DNA of 64,000 nucleotides from an uncultured Aquimarina sp. (GTDB lineage Bacteria; Bacteroidota; Bacteroidia; Flavobacteriales; Flavobacteriaceae): NCBI RefSeq assembly GCF_947492405.1, contig NZ_CANLMP010000008.1, positions 225,435 to 289,434 of the forward strand, read 5' to 3'. Shown piece by piece: positions 59,201 to 64,000 of this stretch (position 1 is its first letter; each line of letters starts with the position of its first letter). The notes under the pieces were generated by a model. It saw only the letters and a program-made list of their open reading frames with translations, ran no database searches and was not told where the DNA came from. The position numbers and the translations under genes were made by a program.

Positions 59201-60298
59201 GATGAAGCGCTGACCTGGTTGGTAAATAAAGCTGTAGATACAGGTATGGCATTACTGGATCGAGTGATGGGAAGAAGTGCTCCTTCGTCAGAAGAAGAGG
59301 AAACACCTGCAGGTCCTGTTGGTGAAGCATTGACGGAAATTGAAACAGAGAGCGCAAGAGAACAAGACGAAGGTGAAGTTACAGCAGAAGAAGCGCAAGG
59401 CATCAAAAATAAGGTGAATACAGATCATGCTTCTGTAATTAATATTTCTTCGGTTACGGATGGAGATGATACTTGGGATTACAATTATGTACAGCGAGCT
59501 GTTAAAAAAACACCTAAAAAACCACCAACTCCACCTACAGTTATTAATCCAACCTTAGATTCGAAAGGTAGACCCGGTACAGTAATAGCAGATCCTCTAA
59601 CTAGTGTAGCATCTTCTTATGGACCAGGTGTAGCTTCAGGTTCTAGAGCAATAGTTTTCGGAAATAGTATGGTAAATACGCATATAGCTAAAAATGCAGG
59701 AGGTCAGTCCGAAGCTAAAGGAGTACACATTTTATCTCATCATCTACATGGTAAATGGGCTAACTGGAATATAGTTTTTGGTTCGCAATCGTTAAATAGC
59801 AGAATGTTAAGTGGTCCAGAAACGATAGGTAAAAATAATACAGCTAAGACCTTACGATATTCTATGACTGTAAATTATTACGAAAGCACAAATAATGATG
59901 CGTTATTAAGTGGTCCTTCACCTACGCCAGCAGATATTAGAAAAGCGTTAGGATTCTATATAGCAGAATCTATAACCGCTCAAGTGGATGAGATAAATGG
60001 TACTAATGTGACATCTCTTTACCCATCTCAAGATGTTCAGGGTAGTTTCCCAAATTTAGCAATAGTACCGGCTATCCCTCCCGAAACACAGGTGTTAAAT
60101 TTGTTAACTGCAGATAAAATAGCAGGTCAAACGATTATCAAAAATGGTGTAACCTATACAAAAACTACATTCACATCAGTTTTTGATATGGCGAGAGCTC
60201 TAGGGAAAGATAATACAGTTATAAGTAATGCTGTTCAAGCCTTGAATGTTGCCGGAGGGGATATCACAAAACATGGAAATAATTATTATGTCATATGA
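56252..60298 (+). CDS. Large DUF4157 protein with helical repeat core and C-terminal His-Me (Endonuclea_NS_2-like) nuclease domain
   Basis: QPKL leader, LLAHELTHTVQQ (57053-57067), long amphipathic helical region, LDSKGRP...GVHILSHHLHG..NWNIVFGSQSLN. Confidence 0.8.
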   Translation: MFKTATAHTTNAKSSNSSLFQKETGDSAFIQPKLNIGKPGDKYEVEADRVADTIVAKGNDQSNSFFSPAPLVQKQSEEEVQKQEYTENQIQQKPLVEHISPLVQRQVEEEPLQQKEEEEIQKQPEEEVQQKEAVPETTIQEKTESSSVVPEIQKQEEEIQEKEEEEEDMPVQTKANTAVSSSGVENSSIESRLHSSKGGGSPLPKDTKTQMESGFGTDFSNVRVHTDSNAKQMSQDMGAQAFTHGNDIYFNEGKFDTSSNSGKHLLAHELTHTVQQGGGIKRKVQNVTSAPKMIQGFGILDLIPNWIINNARHIPGYLLFTVIIQYDPLLGQRVEPTPINLLRGLMGLVPFGTAIFDKLQEYNIIQRVFDWVSGRLGELNLTTQGILDLVEEAWDESSLTTFIDVVREKFNELLSRIELFAISLVDQILTWIKEALIDVAEPILEENRAWSLIKKIIHYDPLRDEEVTATTVEILEDFLMLIGKETELEQMRERGTLQETADWLDTQVGTFMSLLGELRGLITAAWDAIRPANLTEIATNLTALSGRVTGFLERVWAFALTVAIEVLKLIKKALLSWLSSVANETRGFSLVKVIIGKDPFTDERVPRTVPNLIRGFMSLMDGGEAQYAQMVETGAIARITGEIEAAVETLNMTPESIVQLFTDLWNSFSIDDLLNPIDAFIRIIDTFGEPIGRLIAFVAEIVRIVIVAILEIMNFPFELIGNIITRSLQAMEDIKRDPIGFLKNILRAIKEGFVKFFDNIVTHLINGVMGWLMRELRDAGIPELTDFSLQGVISWVLEVLGLSMERIWEKLAEHPRIGPERVARIRGAINTLEGIWTFIKDVQERGIAAIWDKIQEQLSNLWNIVLDAVKNFVMTRIITQITTKLLSMLDPTGIMAVINGAMAFFNAIQSFIQYLREMLEVINSFVNGVADIAQGNVATAADYLERTMGQSMPVVIGFLANQVGLGGIGARIAEIIGSVRALIDEALTWLVNKAVDTGMALLDRVMGRSAPSSEEEETPAGPVGEALTEIETESAREQDEGEVTAEEAQGIKNKVNTDHASVINISSVTDGDDTWDYNYVQRAVKKTPKKPPTPPTVINPTLDSKGRPGTVIADPLTSVASSYGPGVASGSRAIVFGNSMVNTHIAKNAGGQSEAKGVHILSHHLHGKWANWNIVFGSQSLNSRMLSGPETIGKNNTAKTLRYSMTVNYYESTNNDALLSGPSPTPADIRKALGFYIAESITAQVDEINGTNVTSLYPSQDVQGSFPNLAIVPAIPPETQVLNLLTADKIAGQTIIKNGVTYTKTTFTSVFDMARALGKDNTVISNAVQALNVAGGDITKHGNNYYVI

Positions 60299-60951
60299 AA
60301 AAGAAATATTCAAAAGAAGTAGAAAAGTTATTCTCTTATGGTAGTACAGATCTTTTAGATGTTTGGCCAAACTATATAAAAGATATAAACCTGGAAGAAA
60401 AACATTGTGATGAACTTATTGATGTGATTACAAGTTCTGATCTTAGTAAAGCTATTTCAGGTTTTACAATTCAGGATTTTGGACCTAGACATGCCTGGAG
60501 AGCGTTGGGGCAACTTAAAAGTAAAGATGCAGTTACCCCACTTTTAGATGCATTAACTGCTCAAAAAAATGAAGAAGCTTTTGATTTTAGAAATGAACTG
60601 CCTAAAGTGTTACTATTAATTGGGGATGAAATAATTCCAGAACTCCAACTCTTTTTGAATAATGATAAGATTGAATGGAATTTCAAAGTAATTATATTCG
60701 AAGCATTAGTGAATTTAGCCAAACAAGAAGTTGCTATAAAAGATGTTGTGGTAGGTGTGGCAAATGATCTTTTCATTAGTAATACGAACAAAAGCATATT
60801 TCTTTCAAGACTTCTGAACCTAATATTTCCGCTAAAACCGTATGATTCAGAAGTAATAAAAGATGTTATTGACAAGGATAAATATGATGTTGCAACCATT
60901 AATCATGAGGAAATATTGAAATTTATAGAAGAATCAAAAATGTATGAATAA
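60295..60951 (+). CDS. Helical-repeat (DUF1186/HEAT-like) protein, candidate immunity
   Basis: GPRHAWRALGQLKS..AV.PLL motif; ATGA overlap with the nuclease gene. Confidence 0.6.
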   Translation: MKKKYSKEVEKLFSYGSTDLLDVWPNYIKDINLEEKHCDELIDVITSSDLSKAISGFTIQDFGPRHAWRALGQLKSKDAVTPLLDALTAQKNEEAFDFRNELPKVLLLIGDEIIPELQLFLNNDKIEWNFKVIIFEALVNLAKQEVAIKDVVVGVANDLFISNTNKSIFLSRLLNLIFPLKPYDSEVIKDVIDKDKYDVATINHEEILKFIEESKMYE

Positions 60952-61082
60952 TTGGAACAAGTATATACGCTAACGTTCTAACAGTAATTTATGCTTTTCT
61001 AAATGATATTAATTATGCTTAAAATTAATATAACTGATACATAGGTTGTTATAGGTGAAAATAATTTACGTTTCAAAAAAAG

Positions 61083-62390
61083 ATGATGATGTTTAGAGAA
61101 ACAAACATATACAATAGAAATACAGATTTAGGTAAACCACACCTTTTCCAACAAGGAAAAAGTAATGATGGCTTCATTCAACCTAAGTTAAATATAGGAA
61201 AACCTGAAGGTAAATATGAGGTAGAAGCAGAAAATAAAGCAGATAAGGCTGTAGCAGAAGGAAATAATAATAATAGATTTTTCGATTCATCAGTTATACA
61301 AAAACAAGCAAGTGAAACACCTCAGAAAAAAGAAGATGATGAATGGCATACAGATACATTTTCAGGAAACAACTATATGCCATACGAGATTCAGGTAATT
61401 TTTCAGAATGTAGATAAAAATGCTACGTATGTAATCCCGGAAGAACATAAAAATATTTTTGATGTTTGGAAAAAATCATTGATAACTCATAAGCAAAGCT
61501 TACAAGGAAAGAAAGGTAAAGAACCTATTGTTAATATTTATAAGTTAATTATTGGAGCTATTCGAAATGGCAAGTTTCCAAAAAAAATGATGCAGATTCT
61601 TAAAAAAGGAGATGTTATTTTTAAAACAGCAAGTGATTGGAATAAAGATGCGGAAAAATCATGTCAAACCATTTCGGAAGCTGATTTAATTGCAATTTTT
61701 AAAGAAGGTGACCTTTTTAAACAACTAGAAACTAATGATCAAGGTCGAAGCTGTACAATGATTGAAAATAATCAGTGCTTAAAAAATAAAGATGAATACC
61801 TTAAGTTTTTAAAAGATAAAAAGATTGCCGATCATATGAATGAAGCCTTTAGGATCATGGGGATTGATACGATTAAATCACAAGCCGTATATCTTGCACA
61901 TGCAGCAGGAGAGAGTAATAATCTAATGAGTCTTACAGAGACAAAAAATAAGTGGATGGCTAAGTATCGGGGAGGCGAACAATATAGAGGACGAGGAGCA
62001 TTCCATACAACACATAAGGATGGTTATATTAAGGTTTTGGCATATCTAGATGCTTTACTGGCAAATGATGCTATTCAAGAAAAAGATAAGGAGAAAATAA
62101 AGAAAGCTTCTGATGCAATAAAAAAGGACGTAACCAAAGCTTCGGATCCAGAATTTACATTTATTTTTTCTGCAGCCTATATGCATATGGCAGGAGGAGT
62201 TGCAAAATCTGGAAATGTAAGTAAGTCACCATCATTTTTGGGTACAGGACCTGAATCCAGTTGGGTAGCAGGACAAAATATTAATGAATTAAAAGAAAAA
62301 GAAAAATTTATAGGAAGAGCAAAGTTGAAAGCTAGGGTATTCAAAAGTGCAATGAATGTTCTAGAAGGAGGAAAGTGTTCTTCAGAATAA
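61083..62390 (+). CDS. QPKL-leader protein with GH19/lysozyme-like C-terminal domain
   Basis: FIQPKLNIGKP leader; AVYLAHAAGES...YRGRGAFHTT...Y resembles GH19 FLAQ..HES...YRGRG.IQLT...NY. Confidence 0.7.
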   Translation: MMMFRETNIYNRNTDLGKPHLFQQGKSNDGFIQPKLNIGKPEGKYEVEAENKADKAVAEGNNNNRFFDSSVIQKQASETPQKKEDDEWHTDTFSGNNYMPYEIQVIFQNVDKNATYVIPEEHKNIFDVWKKSLITHKQSLQGKKGKEPIVNIYKLIIGAIRNGKFPKKMMQILKKGDVIFKTASDWNKDAEKSCQTISEADLIAIFKEGDLFKQLETNDQGRSCTMIENNQCLKNKDEYLKFLKDKKIADHMNEAFRIMGIDTIKSQAVYLAHAAGESNNLMSLTETKNKWMAKYRGGEQYRGRGAFHTTHKDGYIKVLAYLDALLANDAIQEKDKEKIKKASDAIKKDVTKASDPEFTFIFSAAYMHMAGGVAKSGNVSKSPSFLGTGPESSWVAGQNINELKEKEKFIGRAKLKARVFKSAMNVLEGGKCSSE

Positions 62391-62534
62391 CTCAAGATTT
62401 TTTTTATAAGTAAAGAAAGAGGTTAATCTAGGTTACTTATAGCAGTATAGGAAAATACCCCTAAAAAGATTAGTTTTTTACCCCATTGAAAACCAGTTAA
62501 ATAAGAGTAAATTTAGTTTCTAAATCGCAACGGG

Positions 62535-63353
62535 ATGAAAAAAACAGCATATCAGAAAGAATTGGTTATTAAAGCGACTCAAAAAAGAAAGGGAACTGAT
62601 AATAACAAAAAAGATGTAATGAAAATTCAATCCTGGTTAACACTCTTTTCTATTAGGAATCCAAACAGTGGCACAGCGACTGCAATTGATGGAGATTTTG
62701 GCCCTGCTACAGAAAGGTCAGTAAAGAATTTTCAGAGTTTTAATAACCTTACAAAAACAGGTATTGTTGATCAAGAATTATTCAATACACTCTCTTTTGG
62801 GTTGAAAGAAGCTTTTGAAAAACCTTTAGTAAGTAACAATTTAAGAGATTTGATGGTGGAAGTGTCAGAGAATCATTTAATGCAACACCCTTTCGAACTA
62901 GAGATAAAAGGGCAATCCAATAGCGGACCTTGGGTACGAAGTTATATGGACGGTAATGATGGGGCTCCATGGTTTTGGTGTATGGGATTTGCACAAGCAA
63001 TACTTGATCAAGCTACAAGCGCATTAGGTAAAAATTTCAAAACATTAATGCCACTTACCTATAGTTGTGATACAGTAGGTAATACAGGGTTAGAAAAAGG
63101 ATTATTATCCAGGTTTAGTAAAATAAGAAGAGATCCATCTATCATAAAACAAGGTGATATATTTTTAATTCAAAAATCACGTTTAGATTGGACACATACA
63201 GGCGTGATAACGGCAATAGAAGGCGATGTTATCGAAACTATAGAAGGAAATACCAATCACCAAGGCTCTAGAAATGGAGTCGCGGTTATGAAAAGAACCA
63301 GAAGCTTTAGACGATCTAAAATAGATGTATTTTCTATTGAACCTTTAGTATAA
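62535..63353 (+). CDS. Peptidoglycan-binding domain plus CHAP amidase/endopeptidase
   Basis: IDGDFGPATERSVKNFQ (PG_binding_1); WFWCMGFA, HTGVI, TIEGNTN (CHAP Cys/His/Glu). Confidence 0.88.
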   Translation: MKKTAYQKELVIKATQKRKGTDNNKKDVMKIQSWLTLFSIRNPNSGTATAIDGDFGPATERSVKNFQSFNNLTKTGIVDQELFNTLSFGLKEAFEKPLVSNNLRDLMVEVSENHLMQHPFELEIKGQSNSGPWVRSYMDGNDGAPWFWCMGFAQAILDQATSALGKNFKTLMPLTYSCDTVGNTGLEKGLLSRFSKIRRDPSIIKQGDIFLIQKSRLDWTHTGVITAIEGDVIETIEGNTNHQGSRNGVAVMKRTRSFRRSKIDVFSIEPLV

Positions 63354-63358
63354 AAAAG

Positions 63359-64000
63359 ATGAAAAATATAGTAGCTCAGAATACAATTCATTTCGATAGT
63401 AAATTGTCATTCTTAAGAGAGGTGATAGAATATCGTTTAAAAGATAATTATACCAGTGAAATACCAGTTTTTCCTAAGTTTGATGATATTGTATCAGACG
63501 ATTCTTTGTTTTCAGTATTTGTTAGAAAAAAAGAATTATCCTTAGAAGAAGTGATTACGCTGTTATTGGCTATGGTTCCTCATATTTCGCCTAATTTCTT
63601 TACCACTATTATATCTGATTTTTTGCCTAATGGAGGAGAATTACCCGAATTTGGGGGAATCAAAGGTAAAAACCATCGTGGAATCATACCAACAGGAGAA
63701 ACTGTACAATTCATTATTGGAGGAAACGATATTCAGAAAAGAATTGAATTGACAGAAATGTTCTATGAAGATCATCTTTTTAGGAAAGAAGGAGTATTGT
63801 ATTTAGATATGGTACCGGCAGGAGAACCTAGAATGAGTGGGCGTTTAGCGATAGATGAAGAGTATATAGAGTTATTTACTACCGGTAAAATGCTAAAACC
63901 TACTATGAGTAAGGATTTCCCCGCAGAGCGAATAGAAACAGAATTAGACTGGGATGATCTGGTACTTCAGAGTAAAACCTTACAGCAGATAAAAGAGATT
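63359..64000 (+). CDS. AAA+ ATPase (Afp15-like), N-terminal part, 3'-truncated by window edge
   Basis: Translated by hand from ATG 63359: LPEFGG.KG.NHRG.IPTGET..FI, FPAERIETELDWDDLVL; open to the window end. Confidence 0.85.
   Translation, partial: MKNIVAQNTIHFDSKLSFLREVIEYRLKDNYTSEIPVFPKFDDIVSDDSLFSVFVRKKELSLEEVITLLLAMVPHISPNFFTTIISDFLPNGGELPEFGGIKGKNHRGIIPTGETVQFIIGGNDIQKRIELTEMFYEDHLFRKEGVLYLDMVPAGEPRMSGRLAIDEEYIELFTTGKMLKPTMSKDFPAERIETELDWDDLVLQSKTLQQIKEI

Larger units (their letters stand above)
33383..64000 (+). other. Extracellular contractile injection system (eCIS) gene cluster
   Basis: Co-oriented cap, sheath, two tubes, Afp6/7, VgrG, PAAR, gp25, two baseplate genes, fibre, tape measure, DUF4157 proteins and ATPase; no capsid, terminase or membrane-complex genes seen. 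Confidence 0.92.

Noticed and set aside
33269-62484. TACCCC hexamers upstream of the eCIS (33269) and of the CHAP gene (62456, 62479)
   Set aside because: Too short and too few to separate from chance without a genome-wide motif test
4580-63000. Numerous 60-230 aa ORFs antisense or out of frame within long genes (e.g. 4580-4840, 21342-21659, 40829-41080, 53931-54230, 57625-58308)
   Set aside because: Fully overlap well-supported genes with recognisable motifs; treated as shadow ORFs
33383-64000. Prophage or Bacteroidota T6SS-iii
   Set aside because: No capsid, portal, terminase or integrase; no split TssB/TssC sheath or TssN/O/P membrane complex; DUF4255, Afp7-like LysM, CIS tape measure and DUF4157 point to eCIS

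Overview
AT-rich Bacteroidota DNA, Flavobacteriaceae-like (Aquimarina-type marine flavobacterium is an inference). Layout: (1) 1-5.7 kb housekeeping genes: M13 peptidase, ACT-domain protein, lysC, comM/YifB. (2) 5.7-12 kb, all minus strand: a 170-aa protein, a TPR-sensor histidine kinase and a LytTR regulator, directly upstream of a leaderless four-gene cassette (aegerolysin-like protein, MACPF pore-former with a beta-trefoil-like tail, unknown beta-rich protein, stand-alone SUEL-lectin-like protein). Three of the four cassette genes carry a repeated ~40-nt leader element. (3) 12.4-31.9 kb: two RND efflux operons, one with a TetR gene and twin palindromic operators, plus a divergent DUF4270/beta-barrel/Kelch/DUF4907/LytS-LytTR envelope module. 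(4) 33.4-64 kb: an extracellular contractile injection system (eCIS; Afp/PVC/AlgoCIS-like) running off the right edge. It encodes cap, sheath with a large Ala/Thr-rich insertion, two tubes, Afp6/7, VgrG, PAAR, baseplate, fibre and tape measure, then three candidate cargo proteins sharing an N-terminal motif (OmpA-like+zincin, His-Me nuclease with a coupled partner gene, GH19-like), a CHAP amidase and the start of the AAA ATPase. No tRNA, rRNA, CRISPR array, transposase or integrase was recognised. All family assignments come from motif recognition by eye; no database searches were run.
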